NCBI RefSeq assembly: GCF_052425735.1
Contig: NC_135771.1
Coordinates: 4,092,001 to 4,156,000 of the forward strand
Source of the DNA: Oculina patagonica
Taxonomy: Eukaryota
DNA length: 64,000 nucleotides
Direction of reading: 5' to 3'
The notes under the pieces were generated by a model. The model was given only the letters and a program-made list of their open reading frames with translations. It ran no database searches and was not told the DNA's origin. Positions 36,201 to 47,266 of the stretch are shown piece after piece (the first letter of the stretch is position 1; each line of letters begins with the position of its first letter). The translations under genes were made by a program, and so were the position numbers.

Positions 36201-39200
36201 ATTTACACATCTTTACTTTTACATTGATGACTCTGTTTCCATTTTTACGTCTACCTCAGTGGATTTTATTATCATTTTGTTTGCTAAGGTTATTTTTGAT
36301 GAATCGAAAAGTGGCTCTATTATTTTGATTAGGGACGGACCATTATTTTCTTGGAGGGGGGGGGGATGACAAAATTTTCTCTGCAAACTTTTTTTTAGGT
36401 TATGCACCTCTGCAAACACTTTTTTCGAAATTCTTACTATTTTTTGTTATACATATCGTGTTTGCAAACAATTTATTTTGTCTTTCCAGGCCCTGCAAAC
36501 AATTTTTTTCAATATTTTCCATCCCCCCCCTTCAAAAATATATGGTCCGTCCCTTACTGTAAAAAATCCATTTCGACAAGTTTAATCAACTTTGATTTTT
36601 AATATATTTTTATTTATCGCTATTTTTTTAGTATCAACTATCAGCCAGCTATGTTATTGTTTTATATCAGATTTTCAGATTTTATATTTTTGACTGAACC
36701 AAAATCTCAAATTAATGCGGCTTATGAAGTCAATTGCGTGCAAACTGATAATTCAATTAAATTTGTGGTTTATATACGTTTAATTTCGTTTTCTGCGAAT
36801 CCTCGAATATTCATCAAAAACAGTTGTATAAATTGATAAAAAGAAATGATCAATAGTTATTTAGGATACATTTTTGTTGCATTCTTTGGAAGAGCTTGCT
36901 TCAACAGGTGTTTTTTTTTACATCTTAAAATGTGCAAAAAGTATGTTTGTACTTTTAATTAGTTTTGATTTGTGTTGTTGACGACGGCACGTAAAATATG
37001 CGCTCGAGTAACTATAAAAAAAAATTTGCGGGGCAAAGCGTATGCTTGTTTTTTATAGTTTCGATTCAAGAAAGGTACATATATCTTTATTGCCATTACA
37101 CGCGGTTTGGCCCTAAAAAAACCGCCTTTGTGATTACAAATATTAGCTGGGAAGCTGAAAAGCAGAAAAACTACACTAGCCTGCAAAGTACTTGCGTATG
37201 GGCGCCAATTTTCAACCTTTCGATGTAAATCGTGGGTATGTAAAATTAAAGAGGAACTGCTAAAGAAGTAAAAGCGGTATACTAACCTGCGCCGATAGGA
37301 ACCACAACATTGAATAAAGCAGAGATTTCGGCTGACATAACAGCGTTTACGCGTCTAGGGAGTTTTATTCGCTTCCTCGTGCCCTCGTGTGTTGGATAGC
37401 AGCAAAGTTCGCCTTTCCGGCCCGACCAATCGGTAGTGAGGTCTCGCCTATGCTTGGGACAGATTGCCATGGCCTCCATTTCCTCATTGTTTAAAGCACC
37501 CGGCAGACCAGCGCGGTTTAAAATTAACTGTGATTCGCTGACCTCAGTTTTTCCTCGACCACGTTTACCGCTGATTCCAAGACTTACAAGATGAAAAGTC
37601 ATATCTCGCTTGCAAGCAAGTAATGGAAGAATAACTGAACTGAGCCCACCTAAACTACACGGCGAATCTTCTGACCCGAAAGAACAGTTCATGATTCAAC
37701 GTCGAGATCGAAACAAAGCTTTACACCTGTCGTCTGACCTTACAATTCGTGACACGTCACGCATTTCAGAAGTCAGGGGAGACAAGTGTGTAAACAATAT
37801 GTCTGCAAAGTCTACTTAATTAATTTAAGGTAATTCTCGATTAAATTTGCATTATTTGATTCAATTTGCTTTTTGGCGATGATCAAAAGACCAGCGTACT
37901 GAGGATACAGTCCGGTTTTACCATAAAGCGTGACGGGGAATAAAAAACAAAACTTTCGCGGGAAATTTTGGTACATGTGTAAGAAGTTATCGGGTATTTC
38001 TTTAGAGATTTGAAATGTTTACACATGTTGTTAATGATATAACTGTTTCCATGTTCTCTCCCGAAGACAACGAAACTGCTTTTAGGTCCATTAAGTTAAT
38101 AATGGACTGCAATCAGAGAAAGTCGAAACATAGTATGTTAGAAAATTTGGCGGGAAACTAAACTAAACTAAACTGAAAAGTGTTATGGCAGTTTTAGACG
38201 CCGCTAACTCCGATTTACTTCTAGATACCAATTTTAACTGATCTGCATTTTGATAACAGCACAAAATACTATCAAAGGAATGGTTTTATTTTCCAAATAG
38301 ACTGCCGCACGTTTGTGAAACAGTCGACTGAAAATGACTCAAATTTGGGTCAAGCTCATTAACGATTCAATGACAATTTTTAACCCCTCGTAAAAAAATT
38401 AGTTTTAAAGCTTAGAAGGATTTACATATCCCAGTCAACTTATAAGGGAATAAATGTCATATAAAAAATATTAGAAGTCTGAGGACTCATACAAAGTGTG
38501 TTGTAGGCTCACCCAAAGTTGCCCAAAATTTCGGATATTTTAGGCCGTTGGAGGGCCCAAAATTACGGAATAGTGTTATCTCGAAGAAAAAAGAACCTCT
38601 ACTGCTGCAAATGCCACCGTTGCTAATCTTATCAGATAGCTTTTATAATGTAAAAAGATGAAGGTAAACGGCCGACCCCGATGTTTTGCTCCTGCCCGGT
38701 TTTCTCTGGCAATAACACTTAAGTACTTATAAAATTAATGGTTTCTCGGTATATAAATCTCTCAGTGGATAAATTAAGTTTTTTATAACTGATATACAGG
38801 TTATGGTGGTGGATATAATGAACGTGAAGGAGTAGAATACAAGGAAAGACAAGAAGACTCTGACGATGAATTTGATGAGGTACTGCATGCAAACATCTGC
38901 TGGTTAAACTGATTAGTAATACATAGTTGGGTACAGTTTTGCTAGCTTTAATTAACTGAATTTCTTGATTTCATTGACGACACATTGTTCCTGTTTTATA
39001 GAGCGTTTTCACGTGACGTCACATTTTTCGCGGGAAATTTGAGACGCCATATTGGTGTTCCACTTTTCCATCATGGCGGTATATTCCCTCTCGGATTATG
39101 TGAACAACCTCGATCCCCACGTGAAGAAACCTACTCTGATGAGATTTCTTGTGTTGGAATGGATCCTGTAATAATTCCGGATAAAACATACGATCCAGAA

Positions 39201-42200
39201 TGCTTGCCTCCTGTCGAATCTATGGATTTGCTCGTCGTTTTGAGTGCTAGAAACCGGCTATTATAGTAAGGACCAATCTTTCAGAAGTTCACACGGGCGT
39301 ATAATCAACTTATTCAGGGTTTGTAAATAGCGTTAAAGAGTATAAAATAGGCAAAAATGTCATCATTCTCGGAAAGGTTAGGCATTCACAAAGAATGAAC
39401 GATTCAAATGTTACGCTTTCGATAATAACCGAGCAAAAGGGGATCGCATATCACAAGAGTTCTGTTTTACATCGAGGCATGGAATCAAAATAGGAATAAA
39501 GGAAAAACCTTCATGTTGTGGCTTTAAGTTTGATTCGCCCTTTATCTGTTTCTATTGTTTCAAGGAACAGAAACATATCAACAACTTGTCAGCCAACTTC
39601 GATAATTTGCAGCAAATGTTGTCTGAGTTAATATATTTGCCTTCCTGGGATTAAGCTAAAAGTTGACCAAAATTGTTTGCCCAATGTTTAAATACCAGGT
39701 TATTCATTTACTTTCCAACCCAGTCTTTCAAATGCTGGCGGAGTTGGTTTTTGTATCAAAGCAGATTATTCAGTTATTTACAACTAGTCCTGAACTCACA
39801 AAAACAACAGATGACTTTGAGGCTCTATGGGTAGAAATGCAAAATGGATCTCAAAGAAACATGATCTGTAGTGTGATTTATCTGCACCCAAATGGTTATA
39901 TACAAAACTTTATGGATAATCTTAACTCTACAGTTGACAGGATTCATAGGAAGGATAAGTTCTGCATTACCTTGGGAGATTTCAATCTAGATCTCCTTAA
40001 ATTGGATTCTCACGCAGATACAGCCACACATTTTACAACCCACCCGAATTACTGACCACTCAGAAACATCTCACCTCAAGTGGAAATCTTGTTTATGATC
40101 TTACTGATCATCTACCTAACTTTCTAATTGTAAAAAAAATATATTCTTCTCTTCTCAATAATATTAAGATCTAATAATGAGACGATTTTTATTTTTATGA
40201 ATCTGCTCTAATTCAAGATATCCAGTGATCCTAATGTAATGTTTAATTCCTTTTACACTAGAATCTCAGAAATAGTTGTTGTTCATATTCCTATCAAGCA
40301 ACTTTCTAAACGTGAATCTAAAATGAAATCCAAACCATGGACAACTGCATTAAGCGACTCAATTATCATTCTAAAGAAGTATATGAAAACCAAACCTACT
40401 GTACTTTTTATCATTCAAAATTTAAACTTTTAGGAATGGGCATAACCACTTGCTAAAAGTGAGTAAAAATAACTATAAAAATAATCACTTCCATGTAAAT
40501 AAGTCTGATTCCAAGAAAGTCGACTGGAAGGGGATAAGACAACTTGTAAACCTTAGATGCAGATCTGGATGTACTCCCACTAAATTACTTGTTGACGATT
40601 CTGAAAAAAAAAATGATCCTAAGTCAATGGCCAAATTACCCTTTTAACTCTTTCTTTGTTCATATTGGATATTTTTTGGCTAAGATTGTTTGTAGAGTAA
40701 ATAAATCCCCCCTTCAGTGTCTCACACCTTCATCTCAGTATTTATTGCCCCCGCAGGGCTTTGGCCCAGAGGCCAAAGCCCGAGGAGGCATTATAGTGTC
40801 CCCCACGTATAAGTAGTTACAGAGGAAAATACAGAGGAAATACAGGGAAAAATACAGGGCATACAGTCAGAAGCCAAAAAAAATCTCGACTTGGTTGAAG
40901 TGAGCGCGCAAGCTAGTATCGGGTAATGATGACGTCACAATAGGGTTTGCCTGCAAATAGTATCGGGTAATGATGACGTAACAATAGCGCTTGCCCGCTA
41001 TGGGTTTTGGATAATGGTGACGTTCAAGCACCTTCCCGGATTACGCGTCTTCACAACTTCACAACTCTCACCTCGCACATGTTGTGGATCATATTATTGG
41101 CGGGATGTATACCGTATACCTTTAATTTTAAGTTTATATCCAATATACCAAAAAGATTATTTAAAAAACTTGAAACGCACGCGAGTTACCGACAAAAACG
41201 TATTCTTTCAACTTAACTTTTTAGTCCGCTAAAGCCTAGTTTTCACTAGCGACGCAAACACAAGCGCAAGCACAAGCGTAAGGATAACGGCTATAATTTC
41301 ACCGTGAATACGGCTTCGACGCAAACAAAAGCACAAACACAATTGAATTGATGCTCATGCTTGAACTTGTGTCAAGCACAAGTACAAGGGTCATTTTTTT
41401 TCCTGTTCGCGTGCTTGCGTTTGCGCTTGTGCTTGTACTTGCGTCGCTAGTGAAAACCAGGCTTAAGTGTTCTAATTTAGAATGACATCGGCAGACTCGT
41501 ATGTAATTATCACACAACAATCTAACGTCAACCTTTTGTCGGTCGGGAATAAACACCCAAAGCGATACTTGATGAAAACGTTCGATCTTTTAGTCAGGGC
41601 TTTATATTCGGTCGCTACACTTCTAGTAGAAATTCATTCTCTCCCCAGGAGGTGACCGAAAAAAAAACCAAACACTGCTCAGTGGCCCGGTCATCTGAGA
41701 ACGTGTTTGCGGGCCCGGTGGGCGGTGTTTGTTTGCGAAGCGATAGATTTTTCTAAATGCTTTTTTCTCGAATTATATTTTTCGCATGGTAGCTAAAACT
41801 CCAAGGGATTTTGTTCAATTGACTTCAAATCTTCAGAGGAATTACCGTACTTCAATATATCAGCAACAAAAACATGTCGGCGATTGTTTTATTTATAAAA
41901 ACGTTTGCGTTGAGAGACTTTTTTGTACGATCAATCCATGTTTTTTAGCCCTTCTTCGAAAATGCTCTGTAACCTTTTTACTGTAATCGAATACGACAAA
42001 ACGCCGACACGTTTTTTAGCACTTTGGGAGTGGAAACCCTCGAACAAATCAAATTAGCGAATTTTAAAGCTTTCAATAGCCGATTCCAACTTTCGTATTT
42101 AGACCTCGTAAAAAATTCAACAATTTACTTTATCACAAAATGAATGAAATATTTAGATAGCCAGTTCTATGAGCTTTAAGTTAATATGGGTTTTATGTAT

Positions 42201-45200
42201 CTACAATTCAACCCGGACGCGCTACAGTGTTTTGAAGTGAGACACGCCTGAAGGCAGTCGAGTTTTTGAGCTTGTGTAAGAGAAGTTTAACGTGGAAGTC
42301 TTTTTTGAGCTTTTGCAAGATAAGGATATTTGTTTGGATTTTGTTGATATCGAAATAGATTACAAAGCTTGCTACTGCAGAGCAAGTTGGTTACGATTGC
42401 TGAATTGAACAGATTCAGTTTACATAAAGAAAACATTGAGAATAGTGAAACTAAGCAGAAAGTCAGGAACCGTGAGCTACTGCGCAGTGCGAGTGTTTTG
42501 TTTTCTTTATGTAAACTCTGCAAACTTGGTTTTTCGACTGAGTCTTTCAGTCGCTTTTGTGTGTGATTTGTGTCTGACAAATCGCAGATTTGTACTGAGT
42601 CTTTCAATCCAGCAATCGTAACCAACTTGCACTACAGTAGCAAACTTTGTGATCTATTACGTGACTGCCATGTTAAAAATTATACAGTTTAGTATTTTAA
42701 AATTGAAAGCAAAATAAATATTTATACAATAAAATTGAGCTATCTTCAACTTCTCACTGCCCATCAATGCCTCACCCAGTGCCCAGATGCGATAGCCACT
42801 AACACAAAACCGCACGCTACAGTTTCGCGCACATTTACAACCCTCAAAAATAAACACAAACAAGTTTCCATTTTATACAAATCAGATAAGATCAAAAGAC
42901 CGGGGGCACTTTTAGTGTCAACTACCCCTAGTTTATTTCTACAGTAAACACCCGTGTGTAAGAACCTAGTGGTTTAAGAACCTGCTGGCAGAAATTTGCC
43001 ATTTTAATACCCCAAAATATAAGAAACTGTTTAGCCAAGCAAATTTCAGCAGATTCTTATATGTGGGTTATAGAAAATTTTGATGAACATTTTTAACAGA
43101 ACATACCAAACTGTATTTACAAATAAAGAAAAGGCAGATTCACATAGATTGCAATTGTCTTCTTTGGACCTTGCATGAGCCTTGAAGCAATACAGTTATG
43201 AATAAATGCTGCATAATGAAGGACCAAACCCATTTTTTTTCTTCTCGTACAATCAAAAACTATGGCTCCTCCTTAGAAATTAAAAACCTTATTAAGAACC
43301 TACTTAGCCTAAATTACCAATAACTACCCCCAAATACAAGAACCTATTTTGCCAAACTTAGAAAATTGTAGGTTCTTACACGCGGATGTTTACTGTATTT
43401 CCCATAACAACTGTGGAAATTGAAAATAAAATTATTAAACTGAATGCCACCAAGTCTACTAGACCATTTAGTATACCAATCAACATCCTAAGAGCTACTA
43501 AATATGCCATATCTAAGCCTCTACTACGAGAAATTATATTTAATAAATGCTCCCTTTTTAATTTTACTGGAATTGTCCCAAGCAATTTAAAAAAAGCTTA
43601 AGTTACCCATGTGTTATAAACAAGTTTAGGCCTTACAAACAAGTTTAGAACATTCTGTCCATATCCAATAAACTGTTGGAAAAATTGATGCATAAGAGAA
43701 TACTTCTCTTGGCAAAGAAGAATTTCAAAGAAATTTATTGCAAACAGTTTGGTTTCTGTGAAAACACTCCACTGATCATGCCATTCTAAGCATCATCGAC
43801 CGGATACAACATGCAATTGACTGCAACGAACTTTCTTGTAGTATAATTATTTTAAGATTTCAGTAAAGCCTTCAATACTGTAAGTCATAACATCTAGAGT
43901 GAGAAACTAGATTATTGTGGATTTTGTGGAGTATAGCGAAAGATTGGTTCACCTCATATCTTACCAACAGATATCAGTTTGTTTTCTTGGGACATACTGT
44001 GTCAGATCTTCAATCTTTGAAATGCTTGCTGCTAACTCGGTCATTTTCTAACATATAGCATCAGCTAAATCGTCTCTACTTATGGCAGAAATACATCTTC
44101 CTCTTTGTCAGGTATTCCACGTACTTGCCTTGGTTAACAATAACACGTAGAACACGAAAAAACTCAGTTTTTCACCACTGGGCCTTCTTTTTCCCTGTAT
44201 TATTGCCACAGCCGACGAGAATGCAAAGAATATTAATGTAAATGAATTGTTTCGCGCATTAAAGTAGTCGAAAAACTGAAAATTATGCTCTAACTGTTGT
44301 GTGACGCTGCTCAAACTCTGCTTCGATGGAACACCAATATGGCGGATAAAGTCGGTTGCCATGACAATGAAGAAATCTGGTCACGTGAGTGAAAACGCTC
44401 TATATAATTTTAAAAAATTGATAATTTTTGTCACAAGGCTTGAAACTTGAAGCAAACAAAGCTTTCAAATGTATGCCACAGTCTTCTTTACATATATTAT
44501 TTTTTCTTCTTTTCATGATAGTTTGGTAGAAGAAAGAAACCTAAAACAGGATTTAAAAAAACAGTCACTGAACAGGTATGTTGCAAATCAATGTTCTATT
44601 GTGGATATTGGAAGAGTCACAATTTTATACTATGTTTAGGTGAGCCTTTTAAGCCCAACTGGCTCATAGTTCTTGGTGGTTAACTCCGGTCTCTGTAGCA
44701 CGAAGCGGGTAGGAGTATATTTGTTACTTCCCCTAGATGGGATGCTATCCATCGTAGGTTGCTCCCCAGTATTCTGTCAAGTTGCCCCGACAATTCGCTA
44801 GTACCCATAACACAATGACCCTAGCCAAGGCTTGAACCTGGTTCGATCTGCAATCCAGCACACTTACCATAAGGCCATTGCGTCTCCCACATCACTCTTT
44901 ATTACTTTATTATAAACAGAAACCACCAACTGAAGAACCTTTTGATGACGAGGAAGAGGAAGATGATGATGATGACGAAGAGGGCGACTTATCAAAATAT
45001 AACTTGGATGACGAGGTACTGCCAAGCAAAAACCTGTTACCCAGAGTCTTTATTCCCCTTTACCAGCAGTTGGGAAACAAGTGACCCTGGAAAGTTTTGA
45101 TTGGAAGTCTGAAAATATTGGACTCAGCACTCTCGGTTGAATTGCGCATGCCTAGCTTTCAAAAACATGACTCAACAAACTTCTTGGTGTTTTACCTCAA

Positions 45201-47266
45201 TCAAAATCAAAGTCAATCAAAATCAACACGGCGACATAATTTTTGAGTCACTCATTTCTGACCCAGAGACCTAAGTCAAGCAGGCATATAATAAAGTTTA
45301 ATTCATAGTTTAGACTTTAGATGGTTTTCACTTGAGTGTTGAAAGTAATCCGCATTTGCTTTGGTTTTGCATTACTACACTTAGTGATTGGTTGAAAACT
45401 CTTGTGCTTCTTTCTCAGCCAATCAAAAGTAAAACCAAAACCAATTGTGACTCTATTCATGTACATTTTTCCGCTCTTCGTGCCTGTTACATGTATCTAA
45501 TTCAAGTTTTGATTGGTTCACTGGAGTGCCGTGTCATTTGTGATTTGGTTTTGGTTTTACGACACTCAATTGAAAACTGCTCTATGTTCTGTTTTTTAAT
45601 GTATTACTGTAGGATGAAGATGAAGAGGAAGATGGCGACTTGTCCAAGTACAACCTTGATGACTCAGATAGTGAAAACAAGGATAAGGGCCGGTAAACTC
45701 CTCCCCCCTGTCTGCCCCACCATTCCTTCTTTACTCAGGTGGGGCCAGGCACTCTGCCAATGTTTAGTGGATTATTACCAAAATATAATTACTTTTTGTG
45801 GGTTTGAGAAAAATATTGCTATCTACAATGTATCCTTAAAAGAAAAATGTAAGAGATTTTCTGGATGGTGTGGCCACTAAAAGCATTTAAGTAAAATTCA
45901 TTTATTTTCATGCCAAAATATTCCTGGAAATGCATGCTTTTTGATAGTCATTTTTTAGTGATAAATTTTATGAAACTCACTAAAATCAAAAGACAAATAT
46001 GTATATTAACTCATTCTTCTCAGCAGAGTACAACTTAATAATACTAGACTATAAAGTATACATAACCCACAGTACGTAAATTGTATTTTGTGCTGTCAGT
46101 TGAAGACCGAGTTAACAGGTCATTGGTACTTTTGTTGAGTCCGTCACTCCATGAAGTGCAAAGCATGATAAAAATTCCGTACTCATGACATGCTCCACAA
46201 AGATTTGACTAGTGTCTCTGATTCTTACATAGAAAATTCACGGCCAAACAATATCCAATCCGAAGCACTTCATAGTTCTCCCAGTATAGAGCTACATCAT
46301 TGTGTGACATTTTTCAGGTTGATTTTCAGACTTATGTCATGTTCAATGATAATCTCTTTAGCTAGTAGACATTTTAGTGTATAGTGTCACTGTTCACTTT
46401 TACTACCTGTTTTTCAGCCGCTCAAGATCAAAATCTGGCTCCCCACCGAGTAAGAAAAAACGACACAGTAGCAGTAGTAGTTCATCGTCTTCATCGTCAA
46501 GATCAAGAAGCCGCTCCTCGCGGTCTCGTAGTCGTTCAAGGTCTCATTCAAAGAGCTCCAGTTCAAGATCGAGGTCTAAATCGCGTTCCCGCTCAGGATC
46601 TCCCAAAAGATCAAGCCCAAAGGAGAAGAGGTTTGGTATTATGTTATGATGGGATGAATGTTTGACATCAAGTTATTTGTGTAATGTTTAATCAAGTGGT
46701 ATTGTTATGTCCCTGTTGTCTTCATCACGGCGTGTTTAATTTCTTCTTCTACCTTGTGTGGTACTATTAAGAATACATGTTGACCTATGATTGGTGTAGC
46801 TGTTGAATTTTTTACTTACTGCCCAGCATGCCTGTGTGGCACATAATGCAGCCCTTTGTTGCTGTTTCCAAAACAAGGAGTTTTTAAGGAATGATATTGT
46901 TAGCCTCAAGCCCAACCCTCCACACCTGGAGGGTTGTGGGACTGACTTTATTCTGGACCCTACTCCTTGACCCATCTGGCTTGGGAGGCCTTACCATGGA
47001 TGGTACCGCCGTCATAGCTCTTAGAGTCATTGGGAACCCAAGCCACTCAGCCACGCCAAGAGTGCGTCATAATTTTTAGTGATAACATTTTTAATTTTCA
47101 ACAGAGCTGTGATTAGAGAAACATTGACCCGTGTTGACCCAGATAACTTAATGTTACTTCAAAATGCAAAATTGTTTGCAGATTTCATTTTGTGTCCAAC
47201 ATTTCTTTCCTCAGCAAGAGGTCCCGCTCCCCTTCCAGATCAAGATCTCGATCTCGCTCCCACTGA
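27231..47266 (+). CDS. ZRANB2: Zinc finger Ran-binding domain protein 2 (two RanBP2 fingers, acidic region, RS domain), 10 exons
   Basis: Phase-consistent exons 27231-27283 (GDWVCPDK), 27353-27405 (CGNVNFARRTSCNRC), 28882-28987 (KSKGLFSAEDWMC), 29552-29634 (CGNVNWARRSDCNMC), 38800-38879 (GYGGGYNERE), 44522-44575, 44920-45014, 45613-45692 (DLSKYNLD), 46418-46630 (RS), 47215-47266. Confidence 0.96.
29771..30574. mobile_element. TA-flanked MITE hosting a nested insertion
   Basis: ta|ccgtaaaattccggttataagccc ... gggcttataacccgaattctacgg|ta. Confidence 0.8.
29847..30310. mobile_element. Non-autonomous element with 9-bp TSD (AcademH-like; MuDR not excluded)
   Basis: Perfect 16-bp TIR taacctgcgatcaggc / gcctgatcgcaggtta and perfect TSD catccgatt. 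Confidence 0.8.
30580..30790 (-). mobile_element. Internally deleted SINE copy
   Basis: Matches the 3' part of the SINE family (gggatgctagtccatt..gtacccatttatacacc). Confidence 0.7.
32154..32465 (+). CDS. Candidate small spliced accessory gene inside the Sola3 element (3' end unresolved)
   Basis: Exon 32154-32267 (MTVTNTWCFDIAKHYAEAVAPGSKVYFPCNHCADERKA|gtatgt) splices in phase to 32414-32465 (RFKRILPNSAECRYIRL|gtaagc). Confidence 0.35.
32561..32711. mobile_element. AcademH-like MITE nested in the Sola3 element
   Basis: TIR tagcctgcttagcaggcg / cgcctgctacgcagactg and 9-bp TSD caagggctt / catgggctt (8 of 9 match). Confidence 0.7.
32858..37692 (-). pseudogene. Sola3-type transposase, spliced, with one nonsense and one frameshift lesion
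   Basis: Exons ~37692-37287 (Cys/His-rich), ~36138-36058, ~35867-32858. Catalytic motifs IIDWAMK..FGKRGRSWH, RSDNAGCYH, GKDICDR; C-terminal C-x4-C-x12-H-x5-H finger and GWAL motif. In-frame TAG at 34524-34526 and a frameshift at ~34126-34133. Confidence 0.85.
36332..36553. mobile_element. PIF/Harbinger-type MITE in transposase intron 1
   Basis: tta|gggacggacca ... tggtccgtccc|tta; closely similar to 18796-19008. Confidence 0.85.
40743..42932. mobile_element. Helentron-associated (HINE/DINE-1-like) non-autonomous element
   Basis: Sub-terminal inverted repeat tgcccccg (40746) / cgggggca (42901), 5' hairpin gggctttggcc-caga-ggccaaagccc, ctagt 3' end, T-rich insertion site and no TSD. Confidence 0.5.
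41233..41463. mobile_element. Harbinger-like MITE; second copy at 47800-48016
   Basis: taa|agcctagttttcactagcgacgc ... gcgtcgctagtgaaaaccaggct|taa with acaagc sub-repeats. Confidence 0.75.
44640..44890 (-). mobile_element. Internally deleted SINE copy
   Basis: Matches the head and tail of the SINE family. Confidence 0.7.
46900..47068 (-). mobile_element. Isolated fragment resembling the 5' UTR of RTE-clade retrotransposons
   Basis: Minus strand reads cttggcgtggctgagtggcttgggttcccaatgactctaagagctatgacggc...ccctccagg..agggttgggcttgaggcta. Recognised from recall only. Confidence 0.45.

Larger units (their letters stand above)
30847..38718 (-). mobile_element. Full-length Sola3-type DNA transposon (7872 bp) in ZRANB2 intron 4
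   Basis: TTAA TSD (30843-30846, 38719-38722), ~530-bp near-identical TIRs (30847-~31375, ~38189-38718) and an internal DDD transposase. Long TIRs plus a TTAA target are Sola3 hallmarks. Confidence 0.88.
39580..44015 (+). mobile_element. Decayed CR1/L2-clade LINE, interrupted at ~40743-43380
   Basis: APE remnants (FEALWVEM..ICSVIY.HPN..LGDFNLDLLK, TDHLPNF, KPW) at 39580-40740. RT remnants (SIPINIL..ISKPL..GIVP..LKKA, QFGF, DFSKAF) at 43385-44015. Many stops and frameshifts. Confidence 0.8.
39000..44401. mobile_element. ISL2EU-type DNA transposon relic in ZRANB2 intron 5
   Basis: TIR agagcgttttcac / gtgaaaacgctct flanked by AT. Decayed convergent ORF starts: + strand 39080-39450 (LPPVESMDL..GKVRHSQRMND) and - strand ~44230-44015, THAP-like (CILVGC..FFRV..SAISR..NDRVSSKHF). 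Confidence 0.7.

Noticed and set aside
44920-45692. Apparent exon duplication (DLSKYNLDD twice) in ZRANB2
   Set aside because: Vertebrate ZRANB2 also has two DLSKY motifs as I recall, so it is ancestral rather than novel.
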